A model generated the notes under the pieces. The model had not been told where the DNA came from. It worked only from the letters and a program-made list of their open reading frames with translations, and made no database searches. A DNA stretch of 64,000 nucleotides from an uncultured Chloroflexia bacterium (GTDB lineage Bacteria > Chloroflexota > Limnocylindria > Limnocylindrales > CSP1-4). Both the position numbers and the translations under genes were made by a program. The DNA is taken from NCBI GenBank assembly GCA_963828165.1, contig CAWHDR010000001.1, positions 416,001 to 480,000 of the forward strand. The letters are read 5' to 3'. Shown piece after piece: positions 9,732-20,504 of this stretch (positions are counted from its first letter, which is position 1; each line of letters starts with the position of its first letter).

Positions 9732-10169
9732 GTGACGACCCCGACCCACGCGTCCGGCGCCTTCGCTCCGGCGACGCCCCAGACCACGCCCGTGAAGATC
9801 CATGCAGACCGCGCCGCCGGGACGCTCGCGATCGAGTGGGCCGACGCGCACGCGACGACGTACGGGTTCGAGCCGCTCCGCTGGCTGTGCCCATGCGCCC
9901 ATTGCCGTGGCGAGGCCGGGATGCCCGGCTGGCTCGACAGCAACCCGACGCTGACGACCGAGCAGACGACCCTGACCGACCTGCATCCCGTGGGCAACTA
10001 CGCGATCTCGCCACACTGGGCCGACGGGCACAAGACCGGCTACTACACGTACGTCCTGCTACGCGACCGGTGTCCGTGCCCCGAGTGCAGCGCTCGGCGC
10101 ACTGCGACGCCCGCCGGTGGCGAGCCCGCGCCAGCGCCCCCTGCCGGCACGCACGAGGAGCATCGCTAG
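9732..10169 (+). CDS. DUF971/GBBH-like N-terminal domain protein
   Basis: LAIEWAD.H, LR..CPCAHC, VGNYAI...W.DGH.TG.Y; start codon uncertain. Confidence 0.85.
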   Translation: MTTPTHASGAFAPATPQTTPVKIHADRAAGTLAIEWADAHATTYGFEPLRWLCPCAHCRGEAGMPGWLDSNPTLTTEQTTLTDLHPVGNYAISPHWADGHKTGYYTYVLLRDRCPCPECSARRTATPAGGEPAPAPPAGTHEEHR

Positions 10170-10415
10170 GCGTCATCGCGTCCCCGGCCGCCGCATTCGG
10201 TCGGCGCGGCGAGGCGTGCCGGGGCAAGGCGGCGGCGAGCACGGGAGCGAGCGCACTGGAACTGCGTGAGCGAGCGCGCGGAGCCGCCAACGCGGCCTGG
10301 TGCAGCCTCGTCGCGCCGGGAACGTTCATCGGGCCGTGCTATCCTCGCCGGCCAGCCCGTGACGCCCAGGGACGCCTGCGCGTGCGCGTGACCCACCAGG
10401 AGCCTCCACGCAGCG

Positions 10416-12593
10416 ATGGCCGCCGTCCAACCCGGAACCCGCGCCTCATCCCTGGCTCCAGCTCGCCCCCGGCGAGCACGCAAGGAACAGCCCGAGCTTC
10501 CGTATCTCAACCGCGAACTTTCCTGGCTCGAGTTCAACGGGCGCGTGCTGCACGAGGCTCGCGACGCGCGCAACCCCCTGCTCGAGCGGGTCAAGTTCCT
10601 GGCCATCTTCGCCGGCAATCTCGACGAGTTCTTCCAGGTCCGCGTCGCCGGCCTGCGCCAGCAGATCGAGGCCGGCGCCGTCACTCGGGCCCCCGATGGG
10701 CGAACTCCCGGGGAACAGGTCGCTGCCGTCCGTGAACGGGTTCTGACGCTCGCTGCCGACCATTCCGCGATCTTCGTCGAGGTCCGGGGAGCGCTCGCTG
10801 CCGAAGGCGTCGAGATCGTCGACTACGCCAACATCCCCGAGCATCACGCCGCGCTCCGCCAGCGCTTCCTTGACGAGATCTACCCGGTCCTGACCCCCCT
10901 CGCGGTCGATCCGGGCCACCCGTTCCCCTACATCTCGACGCTGAGCCTGTCCATCGCGGTCGGCCTGCGCGATCCGGACACCGGCGAGCGCGTGTTCGCC
11001 CGGGTCAAGGTCCCGCAGATCCTGCCGCGCTTGCTCGAGGTCGAGGCCGATCACTTCGTGCCGATCGACCAGGTCATCGAGGCCAATCTCCAGGACCTGT
11101 TCACGGGCATGGAGGTTGTCGAGGCGCACCTGTTCCGCGTCACCCGCAACGCCGACTTCACGGTGGAAGAGGACGAGGCCGACGACCTCCTGATGGCGAT
11201 CGAGGAGGAGCTCCGGCGACGTCGGTTCGGTGAGGCCGTCCGGCTCGAAGTGGAGCGGACGATGCCGGCGGCCACGCGGACCCTCTTGCAGCGCGGACTC
11301 GGCCTCGAAGCCGAAGACAGCTACGAGATCTCCGGCATGCTCGACCTCACCGCCCTGTACCGGATCGCAGAGCTCGATCGGCCGGAGCTGCGGGCCGAGC
11401 CATGGACCCCGGTCACCCCGCCGCGCCTCATCCCACCCGACGAGGACGAGCCGGCCGACGTCTTCGCCGCGGTCCGAGCCGGCGACATCCTCGTCCACCA
11501 CCCATACGATTCCTTCGCCGCGTCCGTGGAGCGCTTCATCACCCAGGCCGCCGACGACCCGGACGTCCTCACGATCAAGCAGACGCTGTACCGGACGTCC
11601 GGCGATTCGCCCATCGTCCAGTCGCTGATCCGGGCCGCGGAGCGCGGCAAGCAGGTCGTGGTCCTCGTCGAGATCAAGGCGCGCTTCGACGAGGAGGCGA
11701 ACATCATCTGGGCGCGCAAGCTGGAGCGGGCGGGTGCGCACGTCGTCTACGGGCTCGTCGGGCTCAAGACGCACTCCAAGACGGCCCTCGTCGTGCGCCG
11801 CGAGGGCTCGGGATTGCGTCGGTACGTCCACATCGGGACGGGCAACTACAACCCCAAGACCGCCCGCTTGTACGTGGACCTCGGGTTGCTGACGGCTCGC
11901 CCGGAGATCGGCGCGGACGTCACGGATCTGTTCAACGTCCTGACCGGCTTGTCCAGGCAGCGCACGTTCCGGCGGCTCCTCGTCGCTCCCCACAGCCTGC
12001 GCTCGGGGTTCCTTGCGCTCGTTGACCGCGAGGTGGCCCACGCCGAGGCCGGACGCCCGGCCCGGATCGTGCTGAAGCTCAATTCGATCGTCGACACCCC
12101 GGTCATCGAGGCCCTCTACCATGCCTCCAGCGCCGGAGTCGATATCGACCTGATCGTGCGTGCGGCGTGCTCACTGCAGCCCGGCCTGCCCGGGATCTCG
12201 GAACGGATCCGGGTCCGCTCGATCGTCGGTGAGTTCCTGGAGCACTCGCGGATCTGGGGCTTCGAGAACGGCGGCGATCAGGAGTGGTACATCGGCTCTG
12301 CCGACCTCATGGACCGGAACCTGGATCGCCGGGTAGAGGCGGTCGTGCCGGTCGAGGACACCGACGCCAAGGCGCGGATCGCCGAGATCATCGAGATCAT
12401 GTTGGCCGACGACCGGCGATCGTGGCAGCTCCAGCCGGACGCCTCGTGGGTCCGCACGGAGGTCCTCGAAGAGCGTTCCGGCACGATCGACACGTTCGAG
12501 GTGCTCAAGGAACGCGCCATGACGTCCGCACACGCGGCGGCGGCTCCGCGGCGGCCGCATTCCGGAGCCGGGTCGCTGGATCCTCGGGCGTGA
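10416..12593 (+). CDS. ppk1: Polyphosphate kinase 1
   Basis: NRELSWLEFN, NLDEFFQVRVAGL, HPFPYIS, HHPYDSF, KTHSK, FLEHSRI, SADLMDRNLDRRVE. Confidence 0.98.
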   Translation: MAAVQPGTRASSLAPARPRRARKEQPELPYLNRELSWLEFNGRVLHEARDARNPLLERVKFLAIFAGNLDEFFQVRVAGLRQQIEAGAVTRAPDGRTPGEQVAAVRERVLTLAADHSAIFVEVRGALAAEGVEIVDYANIPEHHAALRQRFLDEIYPVLTPLAVDPGHPFPYISTLSLSIAVGLRDPDTGERVFARVKVPQILPRLLEVEADHFVPIDQVIEANLQDLFTGMEVVEAHLFRVTRNADFTVEEDEADDLLMAIEEELRRRRFGEAVRLEVERTMPAATRTLLQRGLGLEAEDSYEISGMLDLTALYRIAELDRPELRAEPWTPVTPPRLIPPDEDEPADVFAAVRAGDILVHHPYDSFAASVERFITQAADDPDVLTIKQTLYRTSGDSPIVQSLIRAAERGKQVVVLVEIKARFDEEANIIWARKLERAGAHVVYGLVGLKTHSKTALVVRREGSGLRRYVHIGTGNYNPKTARLYVDLGLLTARPEIGADVTDLFNVLTGLSRQRTFRRLLVAPHSLRSGFLALVDREVAHAEAGRPARIVLKLNSIVDTPVIEALYHASSAGVDIDLIVRAACSLQPGLPGISERIRVRSIVGEFLEHSRIWGFENGGDQEWYIGSADLMDRNLDRRVEAVVPVEDTDAKARIAEIIEIMLADDRRSWQLQPDASWVRTEVLEERSGTIDTFEVLKERAMTSAHAAAAPRRPHSGAGSLDPRA

Positions 12594-14305
12594 CCGTGGG
12601 TGGCACGCGGCCGATGGAGGTCGAGCTCAAATACCGGGTCGGTGAGCTCGCCGCTGCCGAACGGTTGCTGGCGGCGGAGCAGGTCGGGCCGTTCGCCGGG
12701 GGCGGCGGTCGCGCCCGGTCCACCCAGCTCGAGGATCGGTATGTCGATACGGCCGACGGGGCCCTTGGGCGAGCCGGCTTTGCCGTGCGGCTTCGCCAGT
12801 CCGGCGGCAAGACGATCGTCTCGGTCAAGTCGCTGACGCGATCCGATGGGCCCGGCGGGTCGGTCCGACGCGAGGAGCTCGAAGGCCCGGCTGACCGTGT
12901 CGGGGCGGCCATGGATTGGCCGGCCTCGGACGCGCGAGCACTGGTCCTCGAGCATGCCGGGGACGCGCCGCTGGTCGAGCTCGTGACCGTGCGCCAGATG
13001 CGTCGCAAGCGCCAGCTCAAGTCCGGCGGGAGCCGCGTCGAGCTCAGTCTGGACGAGGTCGATGTCGTCAGCCGCGGGCGGATCGTCGATCGGTTCGTCG
13101 AGCTCGAAGCCGAGCTGACGAAGGGAGACGAAGGGGAGCTGGAAGCGCTGGGGGCGGCTCTCGATGCCGAGCCGATGCTACGCCGAGCGATGACGAGCAA
13201 GCTCGAAGCGGCGCTCGCGGCCGTGGACGGCGCGGCCACGGACGACCTGGCGGGCGCGCACAGCAACGCCGACGACGAGACCGGAGCCGACGACGGCGCG
13301 GCCGGGCACGCGGCCGACGCCATCGAGCCGGCCGGGGCCGGCGCAGCCGAGCCGGGGCAGCCGCGCCTGGTCGTGGGCAAGACCCCGGGCGTCACCGCCG
13401 ACGATCACATCGCAGAGGCAGGACGCAAGGTCATGCGGTTCCACCTGGCGCGGATGCTCGATCACGAACCGGGGGTCCGCGCCGGCATCGGGTCGGAGGC
13501 CGTACACAAGATGCGGGTGGCCACCCGCCGGCAGCGCGCGGCGTGGCGGATCTTCGGTGAGGCCTTCGGCCAGGGACGGACGAAGCGCTACCGTGACGGC
13601 CTCCGCGACACGGCCCGGCGACTGGGTGCCGTCCGAGACCTTGATGTCCAGCTCGAGGCGGCCGACGCTTACCGCGCCGACCTGCCGATCACGGAGCAGC
13701 GCGCACTCGAACCCCTCCTGGCGGCGTGGCGACAACATCGCGACGACGCCCGCATCCTGCTTTTGCGCGAGCTCGATTCGACCGGGTTTCGGCGGTGGAC
13801 TGACGACTATGTGGACTTCGTGCGGACGGAGGGTGCGGCGGTGCGCCAGGTCGATGCCGTGCAGCCACATCGCGTCCGGGATACGGCGCCATCCCGGATC
13901 TGGACCGCGTACGAGGGCGTCCGCAGCTACGAATCCGTGCTCCGCTGGGCCGATATACCGACCCTCCACGAACTGCGCATCGCCGGCAAGTGGCTGCGCT
14001 ACTCGATGGAGTTCGTGCGCGAGCCGCTGGGACCGGACGTGGATTCGCTCATCGCCCGCGTGACGGCCCTCCAGGACCACCTTGGGCTGATGAACGATGC
14101 GGACGTCACCGCATCGATGACCCGGACCTTCCTCGTCGAGCAGACCGGCGACCTGAGCGCGACGGAGCGTGCGGCGATCGGGCGGTATCTCGTCGATCGC
14201 GAGAAGGAGGTCGCACGACTTCGGCGGACCGTGGGAGTGACCTGGCGGGCGGTCGCCGGCCTGCGCTTCCGGCGAACCCTGGGACGGGTCGTCGCCGGGC
14301 TCTGA
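12590..14305 (+). CDS. CYTH + CHAD domain protein (triphosphatase/polyP-binding, YgiF-like)
   Basis: CYTH EVELK motif; CHAD motifs VHKMRVATRRQR, LGAVRDLDV, LHELRIAGKWLRY, LQDHLG; GTG overlaps the ppk1 stop. Confidence 0.9.
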   Translation: MTVGGTRPMEVELKYRVGELAAAERLLAAEQVGPFAGGGGRARSTQLEDRYVDTADGALGRAGFAVRLRQSGGKTIVSVKSLTRSDGPGGSVRREELEGPADRVGAAMDWPASDARALVLEHAGDAPLVELVTVRQMRRKRQLKSGGSRVELSLDEVDVVSRGRIVDRFVELEAELTKGDEGELEALGAALDAEPMLRRAMTSKLEAALAAVDGAATDDLAGAHSNADDETGADDGAAGHAADAIEPAGAGAAEPGQPRLVVGKTPGVTADDHIAEAGRKVMRFHLARMLDHEPGVRAGIGSEAVHKMRVATRRQRAAWRIFGEAFGQGRTKRYRDGLRDTARRLGAVRDLDVQLEAADAYRADLPITEQRALEPLLAAWRQHRDDARILLLRELDSTGFRRWTDDYVDFVRTEGAAVRQVDAVQPHRVRDTAPSRIWTAYEGVRSYESVLRWADIPTLHELRIAGKWLRYSMEFVREPLGPDVDSLIARVTALQDHLGLMNDADVTASMTRTFLVEQTGDLSATERAAIGRYLVDREKEVARLRRTVGVTWRAVAGLRFRRTLGRVVAGL

Positions 14306-14319
14306 CGCGACGCGGGCGC

Positions 14320-15267
14320 CTAGTTGCGCCAGCCGTGGGCGAGTTCCGGGAGGCGATCGCGCCAGGCCCCGCCCGCGTGTTGCGCGACCAGGATCGCCCC
14401 TTCACGCATCCCCTCCTCTGACACCCGGACCTCGTCGACGCCGTACCGGCGCATGAGCGCTTCGACGATCACGGCGCCCGCGGGGAGGAGCCGTGCCCTG
14501 GTCGGGTTGACGACGTACAGCTCGGAGGTCTCGGCGGCGGTCCGCGCGATGAGGGTCGCGACGGCCTCGGCGACGCGGGCTGCGGTGAGGATGCGGTCGG
14601 CCGTGCCGGCGGCGGTCACCTTGAGGAGGTTGGACGCGGTCCCGCCGACTGCGACGAGATCGGTCGGCTCGGCGGGAAGCGCATCCTGAAGGATCCCGTC
14701 GGCGGCCGTCGTCATCGAGGCAAGCTCGTCGGCGGTCGGCGGGTCGTCGCGGACGTAGCGGGACGTCAGGCGATTGGAGCCGAGGCGCAGGCCGGCCGCA
14801 CGTGCGAGCCCACCGGACGCGACGGCGCAGAATTCCGAGCTGCCGCCGCCGATGTCCACGACCAGCGTCTCGTGCCCCACCGGCAGGCCCATCGTGACGC
14901 CGACGAGCGTCAGATAGGCCTCCTCCTCGTGCGACAGGACGTGCAACGGGACGCCCGTCGCGCGCTCGACGTCGGCGACGATGCGGGCCGCGTCCGCAGC
15001 CCGGCGGATCGGCTCGGTACCCATGAACGTGATCGTGGAGGCGCCTAGCCCGCGGGCGATGGACGCATACCGTTCGAGGGCCTCGACCAACGCCGCACGG
15101 CGAGAAGTGCCCAGGTGTGCCTGATCGTCGATCGCCGCCCCAAGGCCCAGAAAGACCAATTCATCGGCCAGCGGCCGCAGCTCGTGGCCGTCGAGCTCGG
15201 CGACGAGCAGGTGGACGGAGTTCGAACCGAGATCGACCGACGCGCCGACGTGCGGTCGTTGGCTCAC
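14320..15267 (-). CDS. ppx: Ppx/GppA family exopolyphosphatase
   Basis: VDLGSNSVHL, LSHEEEA, VDIGGGSSE, GMREG. Confidence 0.92.
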   Translation of the reverse strand: MSQRPHVGASVDLGSNSVHLLVAELDGHELRPLADELVFLGLGAAIDDQAHLGTSRRAALVEALERYASIARGLGASTITFMGTEPIRRAADAARIVADVERATGVPLHVLSHEEEAYLTLVGVTMGLPVGHETLVVDIGGGSSEFCAVASGGLARAAGLRLGSNRLTSRYVRDDPPTADELASMTTAADGILQDALPAEPTDLVAVGGTASNLLKVTAAGTADRILTAARVAEAVATLIARTAAETSELYVVNPTRARLLPAGAVIVEALMRRYGVDEVRVSEEGMREGAILVAQHAGGAWRDRLPELAHGWRN

Positions 15268-15298
15268 CCGGGCCGGCCGCGATTCGCGCGGTCGCCGA

Positions 15299-16438
15299 TC
15301 ACGTGGTGGGGCTGGTGTCCGTGCCGGCAGCGGGACGGGTGGAGCGTCGCGCGCGCGGCGTCGCGCGGCTGGTAGACGACTTGCGGGCCGTGCCTGAACG
15401 ACGGGTCGTGGCCTTCCGGGTCGTGGCCTTGGCGGTCGCGGCCTTCGAGGCGGCTGGCTTGGCGGCCGCGGGCTTCCCGGCAGTGGACTTCGCGACCGCG
15501 GGCTTCGCGGCAGTGGGCTTCGCGGCCGCCGGCTTGGCGGTCGCGGCCCTGCTCGCGGCGGTCCGGGTCGAGCCGGCCCTGGTGGTGGCCGGTTTCGCGG
15601 AAGCGGCCTTCCGCGAGGACTTGGTCGCAGTGGCCTTGCGCGTCGACGACGACGGGGAGGCTGTCGTGAGATCGGACCCCGCGGCCGCGGCGCGAGTCGT
15701 CGCCGCTGTTCGCCGGGTGGCCGGGCGCTTCGCGGTCGCTCGCTTGGCGGTCGATCGCTTGGCGGTCGCTCGCTTCGGCCGGGCGGCCGGCGTCGCCGCC
15801 GAACTGGCCGCAGCGGTGGTCGTCGTGGCCGGCGTCGACGCCGCCGACCTCGCTCCGGTCCGCTTCGCCGTGCTTCGCCGCGTCGCGGTCTTCCGCGTCG
15901 TCGCGGGCGTCCGCGTCGCTGCGGCTTTGCGCGTCGTGGCGGGCTTTCGGCTGACCCGGCGCTTCGCCGAAGCGGCTGCGCCCGCGGTGCGAGTCGCTAC
16001 CGCCCGAGGGGTAGCCCTGATCGGAGACACCGCTTGCGCGGCCAGCGACGCAGCCGTCCCGACGTCCCGGGCGGCGCCACCGAGCGCTCCTGCCGCGCTA
16101 CCGGCGGCACCTCCTGCCGCAGCTCGAGCCCGGCCCCCGATCCGCACGACGAGACCTGCGACGTCCGCCGCGGCCTCGGCCGCCTGCCGCTGGCGCTTCG
16201 CGACCTGCTTGCGGCCCTTCGACCCCTCGGCCTTGGCCAGCTGAGCAAGCCGCTTCGTCTCGAGTGCCCGTGCCCGGTCCAGCTGCTTGCCGAGCTTCCT
16301 GAGCTGCCGAGCGGCCTTGCCGGTCACCGGGGCCGACGCCCGCTGGGCGGCGGCAACCACATCCTCGGCGGCGCCGACCACGTCCGCCGGCAGGCTGGAG
16401 CGTTTCGCCGATGATGCGTCGTTCGTCGACTTCGCCAT
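15299..16438 (-). CDS. Basic low-complexity histone H1/AlgP-like protein
   Basis: Helical N-terminus, then Ala/Thr/Lys/Arg repeats (KRATA, KPAAA); AGGGAG RBS. Confidence 0.72.
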   Translation of the reverse strand: MAKSTNDASSAKRSSLPADVVGAAEDVVAAAQRASAPVTGKAARQLRKLGKQLDRARALETKRLAQLAKAEGSKGRKQVAKRQRQAAEAAADVAGLVVRIGGRARAAAGGAAGSAAGALGGAARDVGTAASLAAQAVSPIRATPRAVATRTAGAAASAKRRVSRKPATTRKAAATRTPATTRKTATRRSTAKRTGARSAASTPATTTTAAASSAATPAARPKRATAKRSTAKRATAKRPATRRTAATTRAAAAGSDLTTASPSSSTRKATATKSSRKAASAKPATTRAGSTRTAASRAATAKPAAAKPTAAKPAVAKSTAGKPAAAKPAASKAATAKATTRKATTRRSGTARKSSTSRATPRARRSTRPAAGTDTSPTT

Positions 16439-16578
16439 CTGTGGGTTCTCCCTCTCGAGGTTCGCGCCCGATGCAGGGCGGCACGGAACGGTACCACTCG
16501 GAGATTAACGCCGAACGGCCGCGAGGGCCGATCGCGAACATGCCACGCGAGGTGGACCGCGTCGCCTGGTCCTTCGGC

Positions 16579-16622
16579 GTTAACGAAGCCTTAACCACGC
16601 GGCAAGCGGCTGTTGATGCCAG
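16579..16622 (+). promoter_or_regulatory. Putative PHO box array upstream of pstS
   Basis: GTTAA/CTTAA/GGCAA/GTTGA at 16579, 16590, 16601, 16612 (11-bp period), similar to actinobacterial GTTCA-N6 units. Confidence 0.65.
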
Positions 16623-16703
16623 CGCCAGAGGCTGACGACGTCAGACCGGAAGACTGTCCGTCCGAGCCGCCCTGCGAGGCGGGTCCTGCAGGAGGAACAT
16701 CGC

Positions 16704-17711
16704 GTGACGATCACGACCCCAAACCGCATCGGAGCGCTCGTCCTGGTGGCGGCGTTCGCCATCGGCGCATGCGGCCCCGGCGGCTCGACGGCCCCGAGCG
16801 CCGACAACGGCGCGCCCGACAGCACGGCGCCCGGGTCCCAGGGAGCGGCCCTGGCCGGAACGGTGACCATCGACGGTTCCAGCACGGTCTTCCCGATCAC
16901 GGCCGCCGTAGCCGAGGACTTCCAGATCGCCAACTCCGGCGTCCAGGTGCCAGTCGCCCTATCGGGTACGGGCGGCGGCTTCAAGAAGTTCTGCGCCGGC
17001 GAGACGGACATCAATGACGCGTCGCGACCGATCAAGGGCGACGACGAAGGCGAAGGCCTCGCATGCACGGCGAACGACGTCGAATTCGTCGAGCTCCAGG
17101 TCGCCATCGATGGCCTGACGGTCGTCGTCAATCCCGAGAACACGTTCGCCAGCTGTCTGACCGTCGAGGAGCTGGCCAAGATCTACGGCCCCGAGTCGCC
17201 CGAGAACCTCATGTGGAGCGACGTTCGGGCCGAGTTCCCGGCGCAGCCGGTGAACCGGTTCATGCCGGGGGCGGACTCGGGGACGTTCGACTACTTCACC
17301 GAAGAGATCAACGGCGAGCTCGACGCGGCGACCCAGTTCGCAACCCAGTCCGAGGACGACAACGTCCTGGTGACCGGTGTCGCGGGCGACGTCAACGCCA
17401 TCTCCTTCTTCGGATACGCCTACTTCGTCGAGAACCAGGACAAGCTGAAGGCCCTCGAAGTCGATGGCGGCTCCGGCTGCGTCGCGCCGACCGAGGCGGC
17501 GATCAACGACAACAGCTACGCCCCGCTCAGCCGCCCGCTCTTCATCTACCCGGACGTCGGCAAAGCGAAGCAGCGACCGGAGCTGAAGGCGTTCGTCGAC
17601 TACTACCTCGCCAACAGCTCGACGCTCTCTGCCGAGGTCGGTTACGTCGCTCTGCCGGCCGAGCTTCTCGCAGCCGAGCAGGCGGAATGGACCGCGGCCG
17701 TAGGCGGATGA
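16704..17711 (+). CDS. pstS: Phosphate ABC transporter substrate-binding lipoprotein
   Basis: Lipobox IGAC; IDGSSTVFP, SGTGGGF, DSGTFDYF, YAPLSRPLFIY. Confidence 0.96.
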   Translation: MTITTPNRIGALVLVAAFAIGACGPGGSTAPSADNGAPDSTAPGSQGAALAGTVTIDGSSTVFPITAAVAEDFQIANSGVQVPVALSGTGGGFKKFCAGETDINDASRPIKGDDEGEGLACTANDVEFVELQVAIDGLTVVVNPENTFASCLTVEELAKIYGPESPENLMWSDVRAEFPAQPVNRFMPGADSGTFDYFTEEINGELDAATQFATQSEDDNVLVTGVAGDVNAISFFGYAYFVENQDKLKALEVDGGSGCVAPTEAAINDNSYAPLSRPLFIYPDVGKAKQRPELKAFVDYYLANSSTLSAEVGYVALPAELLAAEQAEWTAAVGG

Positions 17712-17781
17712 TCCGCATGCCTCCCCCATCCTGGCCTGACGTAGGCTACGAGCACGATCCCGACGAGGAGCGTCACATCGC

Positions 17782-18696
17782 ATGACGAGCGCCCCCATCA
17801 CGCTGACCCGTCAACGGCCGAGGTCGGAACGGGTCATCGAGACCCTGCTCTTCCTGTCCGCGACGCTCGGGGTCCTCACCACCGCGGGCATCGTCCTCGT
17901 GCTGGTATTCCAGACCCTCGAATTCTTCCAGGTCGTCAGCCCGGTCGAGTTCTTCACCGGGACCAGGTGGTCGGCCGGGATCCGGCCCTACGCCTGGGGC
18001 GTCCTGCCGCTGGTGTCGGGGACGATCCTCGTGGCCACCATCGCGATGATCGTCGCGGTGCCGGTCGGCCTCCTGGCAGCGGTTCTCCTGTCCGATTACG
18101 CCTCGCCACGTGTGCGGGCGACCGTCAAGCCGCTGCTCGAGACGATCGCCGGGATCCCGACGATCGTCCTTGGCTTCTTCGCGGTCAACTTCCTTGCGCC
18201 ACAGGTGCTCGTCCCGCTCCTCGGCAAGCAGAACATCGGAACCTTCTCGGCGCTGTCGGGCGGGATCGTGGTGGGCCTGCTCGTCACACCGCTGATCGCC
18301 TCGATCTCGGACGATGCGATGCGAGCGGTCCCGCGCGGGATGCGGGAGGGTGCGTACGCGATGGGCGCCACCAAGTTCGAGGTGATCCGCAAAGTCGTCT
18401 TCCCGGCCGCGATCTCGGGGATCATGGCGTCGATCATCCTCGCGGCGAGCCGCGCCATCGGCGAAACGATGATCGTCTCCCTGGCCGTCGGTGACAAACC
18501 GCAGCTCACCTTCGATCCCACCGAGAGCGTGCAGACGATGACGGCGTTCATCGCGCAGATCGCCATCGGTGAGACAGCGCAGGGATCGATCCAGTTCAAG
18601 TCGCTCTTCGCCGTGGCCGCCACGCTGTTCGTGTTCACGCTCGTCCTCAACCTGCTGAGCGGCTGGGTGGTGCGCAAGTTCCGGACGGAATACTGA
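17782..18696 (+). CDS. pstC: Phosphate ABC permease
   Basis: LETIAGIPTIVLG, EGAYAMGAT, SRAIGETMIV. Confidence 0.96.
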   Translation: MTSAPITLTRQRPRSERVIETLLFLSATLGVLTTAGIVLVLVFQTLEFFQVVSPVEFFTGTRWSAGIRPYAWGVLPLVSGTILVATIAMIVAVPVGLLAAVLLSDYASPRVRATVKPLLETIAGIPTIVLGFFAVNFLAPQVLVPLLGKQNIGTFSALSGGIVVGLLVTPLIASISDDAMRAVPRGMREGAYAMGATKFEVIRKVVFPAAISGIMASIILAASRAIGETMIVSLAVGDKPQLTFDPTESVQTMTAFIAQIAIGETAQGSIQFKSLFAVAATLFVFTLVLNLLSGWVVRKFRTEY

Positions 18697-19598
18697 TGGC
18701 GGCGACCCCGATCCCTGCCGCGACACCGGGCGTCCGGTTCGAGCCGGCGCTCATGCGTCGCAAGCTCAGCGGCACGGTCTTCTACGGGCTGTGCGTCATG
18801 GCGGTCGGGATCCTGCTGCTCGCGTTGGTCATGCTGTTGGTCGATGTCCTTGCTCGCGGCCTGCCATGGCTGGACTGGGAGTTCCTGACCGGTGGCCCGT
18901 CGCGACGACCAGCCAACGCCGGCATCCTGCCTGCCCTGGTGGGCTCGCTACAGGTCGGGATCATCGTCGGAGTCATGACGTTCCCCGTCGGGGTGGCGGC
19001 AGCCATCTACCTCAACGAGTACGCCTCCGATAGCTGGGTGAATCGCCTGCTCCAGACGAACATCAGCAACCTCGCTGGCGTGCCCTCGATCATCTACGGC
19101 ATCCTGGGGCTGGCGGTCTTCGTGCGGCTGATGGGGCTCGGATCGACGATCCTGGCGGCCGGACTCACGCTCACCCTGCTCATCCTGCCGGTGGTCATCA
19201 TCGCCTCGATCGAGGCATTGAAGGCCGTCCCGCAGGCGCAACGCGAGGGCGCGTATGCGCTGGGCGCGACCCGCTGGCAGATGGTCCGGGGCTCCGTCCT
19301 GCCGGCCGCGTCACCGGGGATCATGACGGGGATCATCCTGGCGATGGCCCGAGCCATCGGCGAAGCGGCCCCGCTGATCCTCATCGGAGCCTTCGCGTTC
19401 GTGACGTTCGTGCCGAATCCATTCACCGGTGCCTACACCGTCCTGCCGATCCAGATCTACGACTGGGCGCGGCGGCCACAGGACGACTTCGCCGGGATCG
19501 CCGCCGCGGCGATCATCGTGATCCTGGTCCTGATGCTCGTCCTCAACGCGGTCGCGCTCATCGTCCGAGCCCGCCTTTCGAGGCATATCCAGTGGTAG
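18696..19598 (+). CDS. pstA: Phosphate ABC permease
   Basis: [34 protein letters not shown]. Confidence 0.96.
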   Translation: MAATPIPAATPGVRFEPALMRRKLSGTVFYGLCVMAVGILLLALVMLLVDVLARGLPWLDWEFLTGGPSRRPANAGILPALVGSLQVGIIVGVMTFPVGVAAAIYLNEYASDSWVNRLLQTNISNLAGVPSIIYGILGLAVFVRLMGLGSTILAAGLTLTLLILPVVIIASIEALKAVPQAQREGAYALGATRWQMVRGSVLPAASPGIMTGIILAMARAIGEAAPLILIGAFAFVTFVPNPFTGAYTVLPIQIYDWARRPQDDFAGIAAAAIIVILVLMLVLNAVALIVRARLSRHIQW

Positions 19599-20491
19599 AG
19601 GAGCATTTCGTGGACACCCAGCTACCGGAGGCGCCTGCCCGCGACCCTTCGACCGATGGTGGCGGGCCCGCGATCCGGCTCGCTGGGATGGCCCGGGACC
19701 ATGTGTCCCCGGAAGCCCAAAGCGAGCGCGAGTACGTCGTCGAGCTCAAGGACGTGTCGTGCTACTACGGCTCATTTCGCGCGGTCAGGAACGTCGACAT
19801 CAAGGTGGAAAGGAATTCGATCACGGCCCTGATCGGTCCGTCCGGCTGCGGAAAGTCGACGCTCCTCCGAACGATCAACCGGATGAACGACCTCGTGCCG
19901 TCCTATCGGTCCGAGGGCAGGATCCTGCTCGATGGCCAGGATCTGTCCGCCAGGACGGTCGATCCTGTCGCCGTCAGGCGCCGGGTCGGCATGGTGTTCC
20001 AGAAGCCGAACCCGTTTCCGAAGACGGTCTGGGAGAACGTGGCATTCGGTCCCAAGATCAACGGATACAAGGGTGATCTCCACGAGCTCGTGGAAACGAG
20101 CTTGCGCCGCGCTGCCCTGTGGGACGACGTCAAGGACAAGCTCAAGCAGTCCGGCATGGCATTGTCAGGCGGCCAGCAGCAGCGCTTGTGCATCGCCCGG
20201 ACCATCGCGGTAAACCCTGAAGTGATCCTGATGGACGAGCCGTGCTCCGCTCTCGATCCGCGCTCGACGCTTCAGATCGAGGAGCTGATGGCGGAGCTCA
20301 AGAAGGAGTACACGATCGTCATCGTCACCCACAACATGCAGCAGGCTGCGCGAGCCTCCGATACGACCGTCTTCATGACGATGGGCGAGGATCGCGCGGG
20401 CTTCGTCGTCGAAACGGCGCAGACCGTCGACATCTTCACGAACCCGAAGAACCAGTTGACCGAGGACTACGTCTCCGGTCGGTTCGGCTAG
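19592..20491 (+). CDS. pstB: Phosphate ABC ATPase
   Basis: [44 protein letters not shown]; start codon approximate. Confidence 0.97.
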   Translation: MVEEHFVDTQLPEAPARDPSTDGGGPAIRLAGMARDHVSPEAQSEREYVVELKDVSCYYGSFRAVRNVDIKVERNSITALIGPSGCGKSTLLRTINRMNDLVPSYRSEGRILLDGQDLSARTVDPVAVRRRVGMVFQKPNPFPKTVWENVAFGPKINGYKGDLHELVETSLRRAALWDDVKDKLKQSGMALSGGQQQRLCIARTIAVNPEVILMDEPCSALDPRSTLQIEELMAELKKEYTIVIVTHNMQQAARASDTTVFMTMGEDRAGFVVETAQTVDIFTNPKNQLTEDYVSGRFG

Positions 20492-20504
20492 CACAGGGGA
20501 CGAG

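Noticed and set aside
10170-10415. Possible small gene or RNA upstream of ppk1
   Set aside because: No convincing RBS, ORF composition or stable structure.
15430-15960. Short tandem DNA repeats as a possible non-coding array
   Set aside because: Explained by 15-bp-period codon repeats of the KPAAA/KRATA protein.
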